NCBI RefSeq assembly: GCF_006345805.1
Contig: NC_042999.1
Coordinates: 144,646,001 to 144,710,000, forward strand
DNA from: Octopus sinensis
Lineage: Eukaryota
DNA length: 64,000 nucleotides
Reading direction: 5' to 3'
The notes beneath the pieces were generated by a model. That model had not been told where the DNA came from. It did no database searches and saw only the letters and a program-made list of their open reading frames with translations. The position numbers and the translations under genes are program-made. Each line of letters starts with the position of its first letter. Within the stretch, counting starts at the first letter, position 1. Positions 24,669 through 38,400 of this stretch are shown here, piece by piece.

Positions 24669-26294
24669 GATATATGCGTGTGTGTGTGTATAGTATATGC
24701 ATATATATATATTTATATATGAATGGAACTTATATAGTAGGTGCATGGGAATTGAACCACATGTCTGCATAGATAGGATAGCCATGACACCTCTACATCA
24801 GAGATACTTGTCAACTGTCAACCATAAAATTAGAAGTAGTTACCTTTGATAACATCATCCACTGTCTATTAAAATGTTTTTACTCAATATAAAACCTTTA
24901 TGTGTGGCTACATTTACATTTGAATTATTTCTCAAAAAGATTTACTTTAAAATGTTTTAATGATTCAAAATACAACCCAAAAAATATAATTTTTTTTCAC
25001 TAAACTTGTAATTCAATGTTTAAAAGTTGACAAGCCTCTTTGATGTATGGATAACATTGCCATCCGGTCTTTTGCAGATGTATGGTGCAATTTTCCAAAT
25101 AGATATTGCAAACATAAATGCTTACAACTCGTTTTAATGCTTCCTCAAAATATTAGACACAGCTTGGTAAGTGGATGATATTGCACTACACCCACCAGAA
25201 CTACTCCAAATCTACATTAATTTGCAAGAAACCTGACATCAGACAACAAATTTGAAGCACCACTTATTAAATCTACCATTTTCTCTCGTACAAATGACAT
25301 TGGAAACAATCAAGCATTATAGATAAAATTATAACTATACCAAACACACACACTCACATACATAAAAGACAATCATATTAGAAGCTACATATAACATAAC
25401 AACATCTACAATACACATAAACAACATCTATAATATAATGGAGAAAGTGCTTATTAATTAATTGAAATTATGGAACTTTTACTAAAAGAAAGCAATCATT
25501 AAAGTCTCCATTGTCTAGAAAATACTTGAAAATTCCAATTTTAATATATTTTTTTATCAAAATGTAGTTTCCAAGTTTCTTTTTATCTAAATGATTAGTC
25601 TTAATTCAATGTAAGATAGTGCTTTTTAAAATCTTATACTGTGAGATAGCCTTTTTTTAAAATCATAAAGTCTTCTTTTTCCCTTTCCACTTCTTTGTTT
25701 ATATATTTCCAATAGTCAATTCCTTTGCTGAAACCACTACTGTTCATACTGCTGTAGTTTATATGATAAACAGGATTTTAAAAAATATCATTTCCCATCT
25801 CTGCACATCTGCAGTTGTGTGTTTATATAGGTTATTAATACTGAAATGAACAAATAAATATGGTGGCAAAAAAAAAAATGAGTTATACAGTTACACGTTT
25901 GAACCAACAGTAAGTTTTTTTAATATTATTTTTTCTCCCGTACATCCCCCCTACATTTTTATGATGTCTTTAAAAAAAATACTTTGATACCAGAGATTCT
26001 GAGTCTGCAATTTTTAACAATAAAAACAATTTTTTAAAAATGTGTTTCATTTGTATTTGAAGTATATAAATATATATTTTGTTTGCATTAAGAAACATTT
26101 GTTTGTTTTACTTTCTGATAATTTAAAAGTGTTATATTTTAGTTCAAATTTATTAAAGATAAAATGTAATTACAAATACAATTATAGATTTCAAATGGAA
26201 TTGAAATACATATCATACAAAACAAAATATATCAATACACTTTAAATGTGATGGAAATATATGTATATAGAAAACAGAATATATTCATACATAA

Positions 26295-26595
26295 TTAAAA
26301 GCACCTAGTCTACATTGTAAAGTGGTTGGTGTTCAGAAAGGTATCCAGCTGTAAAAACCTTGCCTGTGCTTGTGCCATATAAAAAGCACTAAGTCCCCTC
26401 TGCTGAGTGGTTGGTGTTAGAAAGGGTATCCAGCTGTAAAAATCCTGCCAAAACAGTCACAGAAGTCTGGTGCAGGCTTCCATGCTAGCATGGAAGACGG
26501 ACATTAAATGATGATGTTGATAAATTGTTATACAAAAAATATATCTGTCCAACCCATGCAAGCGTAGAACATAAGCATTAAGTGATGATGATGAG
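26295..26595 (+). mobile_element. RTE tail with tandemly duplicated segments
   Basis: GTGGTTGGTGTT.AGAAAGG.TATCCAGCTGTAAAAA twice; perfect palindrome CTTCCATGCTAGCATGGAAG. Confidence 0.75.
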
Positions 26596-28716
26596 GATAT
26601 TTTGAATGCAAGTTTTTCAATTTCAACCAAGTGGCTGCTCCAAACTCTTTCTCTATGATTTATACATGTGTATCTAGCACATACACACAAGCAGAAAACA
26701 CATTTTATTTGCCAACAAGGCAACGGACATTTAGGGGAATGATATGAGGGGGTAATCTGAAGCCGCAGAGGGTAGGATGAAATCAGTTTCAAGATACAGA
26801 GAGGGCAGTCTTTTTGTTAGTAGTAAAGAATGTAAAGCAACATTTATACTTTTAGCACTCACAGGTACTGCAAGTCTTCAGTGCTGCATGAAGGGTAGAT
26901 GGCATTACTTATATATAGATGATAGCATAGTTGATTGAAACAACAGGGCATGAGCATGTCAAGAAGTTAATACTTTATATCCAGTCACCATATTTACATT
27001 ACATGTAATGACAAGACACTTAACTTTCAATGTCCACCTGGCTGTAAATAAGTAAGGAAGAGTAAGAACAACACACCGCTGTAACAAGGAGCAGCAATTA
27101 TATAATAGAAAATATTTTGTTAACTTGAATGGTTTGTGTTTAGCTCTTTCCATAGACCCTAGAGAAGACAATGAAGAAGAAAAGCAAAACTATTAGTCAT
27201 CCTGATATCAGAGTTGGCATGTCTTGTCATTGATTTTGAACTTTGGTTTTGACTACAGGCTGCATAAGATAATTATTGTATAACAAGCTAAATCTTAGAG
27301 ATGTCTCAAGTGTGTTTGCCAAGAGATAGATCTACAGCTGTGTATTTACTTAAGAAGACATGTCTGAACAAAGAGCTGTCATTTTCCATTTATCATACCC
27401 AGACAACGGAATATACATTTACAGTTGAAACCAATATAGATAATATTAAAAAATCATAGCTTGCAAAAATGTTTCAACCTCAATCACAAATGCATTTATG
27501 GTAACATATGTACTTATTCACTCAGCTGTTTATTAATACAGCTGAATTGTGAAGATAGATATTCTAATAATAACAATTAGCTTCTAATTCTATTTCTGTT
27601 GAAAGGTAATTATTTTCATGGGATTGATGTCAACTATGGCCAGGTTTGGACCCAAAATATTGTGAGATGAAACTAGATACTGAAAAAGCATTTAGTCTGG
27701 GGCTTAATTATTTCCTTTATTCCACTGTCTTCAAGCATATGAGTAATAATTTCTTACATTAACACACAAAGTTTTAAATCTCAGTATTTGACTAGAACTT
27801 GTTTTATCAACCATCAGAAAAATAAAAAGCAACCTCTGTGTTTTTTTTAGTACAAAAAATTAAACCAGTCCATAATACAATATTTCTCCATGCATTTTGA
27901 TCCAGTGACATCATTTTTAGATCTGACATAATAAATTCTTCTTCTGCAGCTAGTCTCTATCATCAACTTAAAATCCCTTTTTTTTTACATCTGGATTTAT
28001 CATAATTTTATATTTTCATAACCATCATTCCAGCACAAAGTATTTAATATTAACCAACCTTTAAAAGTGCTAGAGTAAATTTGAAGAGATAAAATGATTA
28101 GATTTTGAAAATCTTTAATGGAAAATCAACATTAATAGACTAAAACTAAAAGAAGCCCAAAATATGTATCTATGTGTGCATGCGTACATGCGTGCGTGCA
28201 TGCATGCGTGTGTGTGTTCCTTTGTATTGACATTGTGTGATTGTTGTAAATGAACATCATTCATTTTCAATATTCTGAGAAAACATGTCTGGCCATGGGG
28301 AAATATTACTTTGCTTGGAAATAGGAAATAGTTGGCAACAGGAAGAGCATCTGGTTGCAGAAAATCTACTTCAATAAACTCCATCTGACCCATGCAAGCA
28401 TGGAAAAGTAGATGTTTAAATGATGATGAAATATGTAGTCAATTTGCAGCTATCAATTTGGGTGAATCAAAGGAATACATCAACCAGTTGATATTTACAT
28501 AAATTAGAAAATAATGAATATAATTCAGGAAAAATTTAATTAATTTTTAATTTTGGTAAACTTACATTTGATGTTCATAGAAATATGATACTGAGTTTGG
28601 AACTTATAAAGAATTTTTTTCATCTTTATTTTGATAGTAACCAGTTTTGGTAGAAGCAGTTATTATAAATGGTTCATAAAATGAACTAACAAACTCCTTT
28701 GGGAATTCCATTGGAT

Positions 28717-29310
28717 TCAAAATGGAACAGAGTTCCAAGAAACGATGATCTGTGAGTAATTTTTCTTGCTTAAGGAAATCTTTACTAAGCCTATTTTTAA
28801 AAAATTATGTTTTCTTTCTTGGCCTGCATTGATATTTCTTATGAAATTACATTTTAAACTGGGTAATTCTTTTCTTCTGTTTTGTAGAGGGAAAATTGGT
28901 GAATACTCATCACATTTCAAATCATTTTCTATTCTTTGGAAGCTCTTCAAGCTAACATGTGAATTAGGAACATATTTATTTGTGAAACTTGAGTCCTTGT
29001 TCAACAAGCTAATTTTTTTTATATTTTGTTCATCTTTTTCTTTCCATTTAAGGAATTTGTTTTCTTGCTGCCTTAGAAAGTGTGTATGAACATTTTTTCT
29101 AGCATTAAATTGCTGCTTCTGAAGAGTTTCTAAGAAGAGCAAATGGTTTCTGAACTTCCCCTCATTATTTGGGTTTTTAAACAAAATGACTTGTTTCAAA
29201 TTTGTTTTAGGAAGGAAATGTCTTGCACAAAACAACTGCTGGATTCTCATGTCTGTTTTACATATATCACTAAAATATTTTCCCCTATTTTGTTTTTCAG
29301 AATTTGCCAT
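28717..29310 (-). CDS. Uncharacterised basic K/N/F/Q-rich protein, 197 aa
   Basis: Long ATG-to-TGA ORF in very AT-rich DNA with no TE motifs; ctttcattcag acceptor 22 nt upstream of the ATG; AATAAA at 28630-28625. Confidence 0.55.
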   Translation of the reverse strand: MANSEKQNRGKYFSDICKTDMRIQQLFCARHFLPKTNLKQVILFKNPNNEGKFRNHLLFLETLQKQQFNARKNVHTHFLRQQENKFLKWKEKDEQNIKKISLLNKDSSFTNKYVPNSHVSLKSFQRIENDLKCDEYSPIFPLQNRRKELPSLKCNFIRNINAGQERKHNFLKIGLVKISLSKKNYSQIIVSWNSVPF

Positions 29311-29606
29311 TCTTTATCTCTGAATATGATATCTGAATGAAAGAATAGAGGAATTATTTTGAAATGCTGCTTATAATTTCTATGGCTTAAATTAATTATT
29401 TCATTTCATCAACTAATACAAAAATCAGTTATTATCACAATCAAATAATCAATCAATATACATTTATCCCCTGGAAATATAATTAACATAGTCAAAATGC
29501 ATCCACGGATGTTTGCCTTTATAATATAGATTACAAGAATAATCTGTTAATTTTACAAAAATAAAGCTAAAAAAGATTTAAAACTGATTAGTTAATATAA
29601 ACTCAC

Positions 29607-29644
29607 CAAATTTTTCTTTAAACTCAGAAGATGTAATTTGAATC
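29607..29644 (-). other. Candidate 38-nt upstream exon of the orphan gene
   Basis: tgtgtctctag acceptor and TTTG|gtgagt donor, 274 nt upstream of the 29333 acceptor. Confidence 0.35.
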
Positions 29645-30216
29645 CTAGAGACACAATATTCTTGTTTTAACCAGGCTGAGCCAAATAGATAGGAAATACT
29701 TTTCAAAGATAAGAAATGCTTTTTCTTTCTTTTAAATTTTTTTCAGTATCTCTTTATCTTCAACAATTCAGTTTGACAAAACTATTTCTTTTCTATCATC
29801 TCTTTTCTGTTTTCACAATGCACTTTGTTACAAGAAAGGGAAAATTCAGATTAAAGTAAAATATTCAAGCAAGGAAACATTGATATGCTACAACAAACAG
29901 GTCGATTTCAGTAGTTCTGTTAGCATTTCATTAAATTAATTACTTGAGAAAAAATTTAGAACTAATACATAGGCTACAGATCAAGATCATGTGCTATCTT
30001 GTTTTGAAAAAAAAAAAAAGAAAAAATGAAAGCAGTTAGCTGTTGTTAAAAATCGGGCCTTTGCTACACAGTTAGAGTTTAATATTTAATGAGCAGGTCA
30101 GCATTGTGAAAGTATTTTGCTGATAAATAGATTCTAATTCTTCAAACTATGAAAAAGCTTATGCATTTCAATTACACCTTTCTTTTTCCTTTAATAATTA
30201 GAATTGCATCTAATAT

Positions 30217-30530
30217 ATGAGAGTTGGCTGAAAAGTTCATAGGCTGACCATGATACACTCATGGAATGCGACTAAATGAGGTTTATTTTTCAACACAATT
30301 CCCCTTGTGGTTCACACACTTCTTTCATCTGTGTCACAGTGCTTGGATCCCATTGGTGAAGAAGCTTTCATCCTGTTGGTCAAAGTCATCAACAGCAGAC
30401 ATGACATCATCATCACTGCAATACTGGTTCCCAGCCAAGTATCATGTTAGGGAACATGATAGTCAGATGGGACCAAACATATGTCAACTACTGACAGGAT
30501 CCTGTGTACTCATTGAAGACAGGCAAGGCA
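30217..30530 (-). mobile_element. Mariner terminal fragment
   Basis: TA + TGAGAGTTGGCTGAAAAGTTCATAGGCTGAC TIR-like end. Confidence 0.5.
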
Positions 30531-30569
30531 TTTTATTTGGTGGATAGGCTCTGGAGTATTTTGGAGCTG

Positions 30570-31530
30570 TGAAGTATACCTCCCTGACTGGTTGGGCTGA
30601 GGGTGACTTTGTATATTGGAACAGACAGCACAGTTCAGATTTAGGGATCAACATTTGACTCTTTCCTAGTTAGATCTGGAGTCTGTCAGGATAATGTTTT
30701 AGCTCCTGCTCTGTTTAGCGCCAGCATGGATTGGATACTTGGCCGGATAGTGGCTCAGTTGAGTTGTAGAGCGCTCATTACAGGTCTGGATTTTGCTGAT
30801 GATGCAGTTATTCTTGCTGAGTCTTTGGATGTCTTAAGGAGTGCTCTCCCTCCACTAAGTGAGGAAGCATAACCACTTGGCTTTAGAGTTTCTTGGTTCA
30901 AAACAAAGATGTCTTTTGTTGGCTTCCCAGGGGACTCCATCTCACTTGACTCTGTTGCAAGTGAGAATGTTGACTGCTTCACTTACCTTAGCAGCATTAA
31001 CTGTGACCCTGAAGTCTTAAAAGACTCGAGTGTGCTGGTGCAATTGTGGACTCACTGGACAAGGGTGTTTGGCACTGTTGATATCTGACCAAGAGGACAA
31101 AGATTTGGGTCTTCAAGTCTATGGTCCTTCTCATTTTGCTCAACAGTTGTGAGACTTGGACACTATGCATTGCCTTTCGAGGCCACCTGAATGGCTTTGA
31201 TATCAGGAAAGTTTACAGAATTATGGGCTGCCATTGGTCAGATTTCATATCCAACTAATGACTATACTCAGAAAATGAGATACATCCTGCTACTTGTATG
31301 ATTTGAGAGTGTCAACTTCAGCTGCTTGGTCTTGTTGCTTGATATTCCAAGCTGGATCCTGTATACCATGTTTACTTCTCTGATGATCTAGCTGGGGCAA
31401 CATCTCATGTTGGTTGCCACATCCTTCATGGACACAGAGTATGAAGAAGTATATCATGGAGATGGGAACTGACTTGGAGGATTACCCAAGCAGATACTGA
31501 ATAATGGCAGATGCAGTGACATGTTGCAAC
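30570..31530 (+). mobile_element. RTE (BovB/Expander-like) RT fragment
   Basis: SGVCQDNVLAPALF, GLDFADDAVILAE. Confidence 0.85.
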
Positions 31531-31559
31531 CATCTTCTCTACCTACAATTCCTAGGAAG

Positions 31560-32630
31560 GTCTGGGGGTAGACTCCTCAAGTACTTCCTCTGTAGGGTTC
31601 TGTCAGAAGCAACTGTTATTATACTTTCTGAATGGATCCTAAGTATGACTAAGTCTAAGGATATTACCCAATCATCTCATTCTTGGTTTACCCCTAGGTC
31701 ACATGCTGATTGGCTCAGATTGAAGAAGCCATCCTGCAAATCTTTTCTTTGACATTCTAATTGCATGACTGTAGTACTGCAGCTGCAACCTCTCAATGTA
31801 AAGTAGTGGATCAACCTAGAGAGACTCCCTGATTTCTGAGCCATGCACCCTGTCAAGTAATGTTACTCCTGAGATCCTCTGAAAGAACCCCATTTCAGCC
31901 ACTTGTATTTTTAATAGTACTCTTTTGGTCATTATCCAACATTTATGACCATAGGTGAGGATAGGCTTGGAAACCAAATTAAAGATAGTAGTTTGGCTTT
32001 TTTTTTTACTAAACTTTCCTCTTCTGAAGGCTGAATGCTGGAGTGGTGCATTACTGCATCAGTACCTAGCATTCAGTTCAGCCTCCTATCTTCTGTCACT
32101 CATGAATACGGTTCTGAGACACTTAAACTTCTCCACTTATCTCAGTGATGTTTCACTAACATGCAGAGTGCACTGGGAAGACTTTCTTGAAAGGACCAAT
32201 GTTTCAGTCTTTACATCAATAATTCTTATCCCTGCCTTGGAGAACTCAGCAGTAAACCCAATCAGTGTATGCTAGAGATCATCTCTCAATGAGGTAGCAC
32301 CAAGTCATCAGCAAGTATCAACCTATCCTTCAACCACCCACACATTGAGATATTGTCTTCACAAAGGCTGTGCATGTCAGTTTTCAAAAAAATTACATAA
32401 AGGAGAGGTGATAATTCACACCTTTGCCAAAGTCCGACACTCACATTGAAAGGTTTTGACTTAGCATCATTTATCTGAACACAAACATCTATAGAGACAT
32501 ATATAGGATCTGTATGGCAATCAGAAGTTGCTCAATAATCCCAAACTCCAGCAAAACCCTCTGTAGTATGTCCTGCTGCACTCAATCATGTCTTTTTGAG
32601 ATCTACAAAGCAAGCATACATCTCTTGGTA
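31560..32630 (-). mobile_element. Degenerate RTE RT/C-terminal fragment
   Basis: F...FSKAGIRI..VKTE...; VEKFKCL; many stops. Confidence 0.65.
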
Positions 32631-34287
32631 ATATTCCCACTTTAACATATTTAATGCAAGAAATATTAAAAATCTAACTAGAAATATATTTTGAAGAGCA
32701 AAATAATACTAATCAATAAATGATACGATTTTCAATTTTTCAGCTAGCATGGAAGACAACACTGGAATGTTTCAGGGTTATTCTGACTTTCAGCAAAACA
32801 TAGCTTTCACTATGCCAAAGAAATGACAAATGGTTCATTATGTAAATATATCAAATTGTACATGTATTAGCGAAACGTGTTCAAGCCTGTCATACTGGAA
32901 ATTTTAAAACAACATCAGTCATTGTCTAATATTGTTTTCATTGCATATTTTTAGTTAGCATTTTAATATTTCTTATTCAATATATTAACATTAACTGTTA
33001 TGATTAGAGCTGCTTTACAATAAAATAGTTATGTCTCTTACATCTGGACCATATAAGGTTTGAACCAGAAATTGTGATCTTTGTTAGATTACCATATATA
33101 TGTTAGGATGATTGTCCAGACAATCTGATATTTGTTCTGCTGCAATGAATCACAATCCATAGGTGTAGCACTTCTGTATTATTAAGTGGATAGGAGATAA
33201 ATCTTAATCAGCTTAGGACTCTGGCCAATGGCAGACTGTTTTGCCCACCAGAGGATCTGATTTCAGTAATAAAAACCAAGATCATCCACAGCATTGCTGT
33301 TGCTGTTAGTAGTAGTCAATTATACCACTTATGGTACCTCTTTCCAGCTGGGTAGACTCAGCTACTAAATGATTTGTGTTTTGGACTAAGCCATGATGCA
33401 ATATCAGTGCTAAGATTGGAATCACTAACCCTTTTTTAGCATGGTTATCCAACTGCATTCTCATAATTTAATATTTAGTTTTGTCCCTCTAAGTTCTGAG
33501 CTCAAACCTTGCTCAGGTTAACTGCAAGGGTGATAAAATAAGTATTAGTAATGTACTGACATTAAATAAAATAATCTGTATCCACATTGTGCAAAATATT
33601 ACATGAGAAATTTATTGTTATTATTATTATAGTAGTTTTCATTTGGACTTGTTTAGCCAGCTTTTTATTGATTTAAAGTATCCTATATGATGGATGCTTC
33701 ACCAAGAAAAGTTTTAAAGAAACTTTCAATGGAATAAAAAGATGGTATCTTTCATCTTTATAGAAAGATATTCCTTAGAATCATAGAATTGCAAAGAAGA
33801 GTAAAATATTGAAATATTTTTATATGTTACTGATACAACCACATTTATTGAATAAAAAATTAATACAACAAGCTTTTCATTTCCGGAGAATTTTCATGAT
33901 CAAAATAGTAAAATACATTTTAGAAAATATTTTAAATAATGCAAGGTTCAAATAGATAGCTCTACAATTAAAAAAAAGAATGATTGATATAGAATCATGC
34001 ATAAATTTGAGATCATCTAATTTCTTTCCCAACAAATTTTGGAAACTGGCAAATTTTTAATTCTATTTTCTAAACATTCACATCACCTGTCAAGAGCATT
34101 ACAGGATATTGAACAATCAAAAAATAGAATGATAATTATAAAATTTATAATCTACATTTTAATATTCACAATGGCCAAATCCAGCTGCTAGGAAAACAGT
34201 ACAATTTCTTCAAACTTCCACTTGAAATATTAGGATTTTTCTCATCACAGAACAAAATACTTTACTCTTACTAATGTTTACTCATAT

Positions 34288-34498
34288 CTTTAACATTTAA
34301 ACTGGCCCAGATAGTCTACCTGTTTTATGTTCAAACCAGCCAAATCCAGTTTCTCACACCTATCCTGCATGTCATTTTAAAGATAAGCAACCACATCATC
34401 AATATTTCAAAGCTACAAGATAATGCATGATCAATCATAAACAGTGTGATTAAATAAGCATTGCATTTGATAGAATAATCTGAATACTAAATGTTTAA
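34288..34498. mobile_element. piggyBac-type MITE, degenerate copy
   Basis: Internal similarity to 37934-38119. Confidence 0.55.
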
Positions 34499-35699
34499 AT
34501 TCAAGTATCTAAGTTTTTTCTTTGCAAATCTCACAAGAAAATAAAAATCTTTATTTTACCATTGTGCCATTTATAAGCATGCATCACAATATCTCCAACA
34601 CTATTAGATATATAAAAACCTTAAAGGGTTCAATTATAGTGCTACAAAAATAATGTATGACTTCACAATGGTAAAAATTAATTTTTCTCTAACCAAGTAT
34701 GTCATGCTTTATTTTTTTGATTTTCAAACATAAGGTAAGCTATACTATTGTTGCTCAACACAAAGTAGGCTTAACTAGCTGCAGCCATTATACTGAACAA
34801 TAAGTCATATCAGGTGTGATAATTTGAAAACTTTTGTACCCTAACAGAAGATGAAGACTATTCAGCTACATAGTTGTTTTAGCAAAGACACACATCATAA
34901 AATTGAAGACCAATCAAAGCAACTGGGAAGAGAGATTCCTGGGGCATTATGGTACAATGCATCACATCTATGGCTGCATTAAGAAGATATTCTTTTGATT
35001 ACTTGCAGATCATACAATGAGAAAAAAGCTAAAGCTCAAAAGCCATTGAACTGATAAAACATTTCCTACTGTGCTTCCATAACTTTGGAAGGAATTTAAA
35101 TAGTTTTGCTTTGTTTTACTTTTGCCAGTGTGTGATAATATTTTGTGTTTTGTTGGGGTTGATGAGGTGTATAGACTGCTGGATGGTGGAGGAATTTGTT
35201 TGCGATGTATGAGCAGGTATTATTATGACAAAATGGATTGAAGGAAGTAAAATAAGACGTAAGAGATTGTTGAAATTTTAGGAAGGGACATTTGATCACA
35301 TTATCTATCAGTGTGCATGCTCTTTTAGAGGCATGTCTCTTAAAGTGTGTGTGTGTTTGTATGTGTGATTCTATATGTTAGTATATGTGTATGACTAACC
35401 AGATAGGTATGAATGTGTGTATGGTTTCATCATATTCATGTGCATGTTTTCTGTGATTTGCACATGTGTGCTTGTGTGTATCAATTTATATGTGGGTATG
35501 AGTGTGAATTTTTTTGTGTTGACATGTATATGGTCTTATGTGTTTTATTCATGTGGGCATTTGTAAATGATCAGACAACACATCTGTGCACATATGTGTG
35601 TAAATGGATTATAAATTGGTGAGTTTGAATAATGGGGAGAAAAAGAAACATGTGTTAATGTTTGGGTTGGTATGAACATGTGATGCATATGGATGATAA

Positions 35700-36550
35700 C
35701 AGCTGCATCAAAAAGTTCCCAAATTAGTTCTGGAGTGTGCCAAAAGGTAGCAACACCTGGTTGCATGCACAGCAAGAGCTAGCAGTGACCTTCATGAGGC
35801 AGAGTACTGAGTGGCATTGCTGTGTTTACTTCGCAAGTTGTGAAATTTGTGGTTTTGTGATCATGTGTATGTTGTAGTCTATGATTTTGTCATCAACAGG
35901 AACAAAGAGCCAATGTGAAATTTTGCATTAACGCAGGAAATCTGCTACAGAGAGACATTGAGCATACATTGGCAATCTTATGGTGATGGGGCAATCATAT
36001 GCAATGTTTCAAATGACATGAGCACTTCAAAAGCAGAACATCCATGGAAAATGATGAGTGATCTAGAAGATCAGCCATGAGTGTCACCCCTGGAAATATG
36101 GTATCGCATCAAGAATTCTTCCCATAGAGCCAGACTGTCAATTCAGAGTTCTACTGCAACATTTTGAAGTATTTGAGGAAGGACATTTGGCAAAGTGACT
36201 GGATCTGTGGAGCACAAAGAATTGGATTCTTCATGACAATAATGCACCCTATCATTGAGCTCTCCTCACTCATGAGTTTCTTGCCAAAAACAACATGGTA
36301 TCACTTCCACACCCACCCTATTTGCCAGATTTAGCACTTGCAGATTTCCATCTTTTCCCCAAGATGAAAATGCAATTCAAAGGTCACTGTTTTAACACTG
36401 TTGTCAAGATCCAGAATGAGTCGCAGAAGGTCCTCAACTCGGTTATGGAAAAAGACTTCCTGGCCAGATTCCAAAAGTGGCAGGAATGCTGGGACCAGTG
36501 TATTGCACCACAAGGTGATTTTTTTGAAGATGATGATGTTAAAACTTAGG
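35700..36550 (+). mobile_element. Internally deleted mariner transposon
   Basis: HDN, PHPPYLPDLALADFHLFPKMK, GDFFE motifs; CATCAAAAAGTTCCC TIR-like start. Confidence 0.85.
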
Positions 36551-36551
36551 T

Positions 36552-36690
36552 ATAGGCACAGGAGTGGCTGTGTGTGTAAGCAGTTTACTTACCAACCACA
36601 TGATTCAGGGTTCAGTCTCACTGTGTGGCATCTTGGGCAAGTGTCTTCTACTATAGCCTTGGGCCAACCAAAGCCTTGTGAATGTAAGTT
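36552..36690 (+). mobile_element. CORE-type SINE 5' part
   Basis: AGGCACAGGAGTGGCTGTGTG...GGCATCTTGGGCAAGTGTCTTCTACTATAGCC. Confidence 0.8.
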
Positions 36691-36899
36691 TGAAGGGATT
36701 GCTGTTGTTCTAGTAGTTCAAATGTGACTGATACTGGGGTATGTTCTATGCCTGTTAAGGTTATATATATAATGTATGTGGTAGTGAAGCATGGGCTTTG
36801 AATGTAGAGAATTTGCAAAGGTTATAAATAAATACAGTGAGCATGCTTAGCTGGTGTACGAATGACCCAAGAGAAAAATTGTAAGAGGAATTAGATGTA

Positions 36900-37115
36900 A
36901 TAGTCAAGAGAGACGACTGGGTTAGTATGAGCATGTGATGCATATGGATGAAAACTGCTGCATAAAAAAGTGCTGAGTGTTCAAAGTGAATGGTGTATAT
37001 GGAAGAGAAAGACGTAGAAAAATATGGAATAAAGTGATGAAAACTGATCTTGAGATGCGGAACTTTACAAAGGAGACAACAGCAGACCATGATAGTTGGT
37101 GACATGCAGTGATGG
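36900..37115 (+). mobile_element. RTE C-terminal fragment
   Basis: Similar to RTE ORF2 ends elsewhere in the window. Confidence 0.55.
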
Positions 37116-37933
37116 AGAACATCCACATTCTCATGTAAAGCAGAATACTAAAATGAATAGTGAAGGTAACTGAGATACTCTTGCTGAACTTTTCCCTTTT
37201 TCCCCCACAAGAAGAAGGAGAAGAATGTTGTGTATAGTTGACACCTCTTTTAATAATACCAGTGTATAAAAGCCAACAAAAGAGCTCTATATGGTCATTT
37301 AACCTGCTAAAAATAGCAGCCAAATTCTTCCTTGTCACACACAAATACAATCTTAAAAATGATATACAAAAAATACAGGATGGTCATAACAGGTTAGCCT
37401 TTAATCAAGGCAAACCTAGGGCTAAACAACAACAAACAGTTCATAAAAAAAGAAGAAACAGATATTTTGTTTATTTCAATCTGACATATAGTTTTAGATA
37501 GTTTTACCAGATGGAAAGACTTTAGATCCAGAATTGAAGAAAAATTTTCTTTCAAAAATTCATTCTACATGATTGATAAATTATGATTTTTTTTTACTTT
37601 ATTGAAACAACTGTTGAAACAATTTAGATATGAATCATATGTAAAATTTCTATTGTAAATGTTCATTCTCTTTTTTTTTCTTTTATTGATTAAAAAAAAA
37701 GGAAAATAATTTACATTATAAGCTCATCAAATTTCTAGATGGTAAATCATTTCTACCTGCATTCTTCTAAAAGCGAAAGTAAAAGAAAATTGTAAAAAAG
37801 AATGTGTGTGTGTGTGTGCATGCACGTATAGGTGTATAAGTATACTTATATAATATATGTGTGTGTGTGTGTGTGTGTTGGTGGCAACAGTCAACTGAAC
37901 CCAGAAAACGGTGTTTCCATTGGGTTTTTTTAA

Positions 37934-38119
37934 TCCTTTAGCATATAAAATGGCCATATTTAGCTGAAATCTGGTTTCTCACATCTACCTAAAATGTTAT
38001 TCTAAAAATAGACAATCACATCATCAAAATCTTGAAGCAATGAGATAATCCATGATTAATTAAAAACAAGGTGAATAAATAAGCATCACGTTTGACAGAG
38101 TAAGCTGAACACTAAAGGG
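37934..38119. mobile_element. piggyBac-type MITE (186 bp) with TTAA TSD
   Basis: TTAA|TCCTTTAGCAT ... ACACTAAAGGG|TTAA. Confidence 0.75.
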
Positions 38120-38129
38120 TTAAATTGCT

Positions 38130-38400
38130 GATACTATCTGTCACAAAATCTGACAAAAGTGTTACCACTTTTCAATGACAGTACCAGATTTGAACTCAGA
38201 ATGAACAAAGTAGAAACAGATACTGCAAGGCATCCCATCTGATGTCCTAACAATTCAGCCAATCCACTCCACTCTACTGGATGGCTACTATTTTTACCAA
38301 CTCCAAACGGATGAAAGACAAAGTTAACCTCAGTGGGATTTGAATTCAAAGTGCAGAGAACTAGAACAAACACTGCAAGCTGTTACCTATAGCACTCTTC
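38130..38400 (-). mobile_element. Tandem SINE family C heads
   Basis: GATTTGAACTCAG / GGATTTGAATTC B-box complements twice. Confidence 0.6.

Noticed and set aside
25078-25166. 89-nt + strand exon-like segment (ttttgcag...TTG|gtaagt)
   Set aside because: Good splice sites, but no partner exons or recognisable product; lies past the NUDCD3 polyA signal
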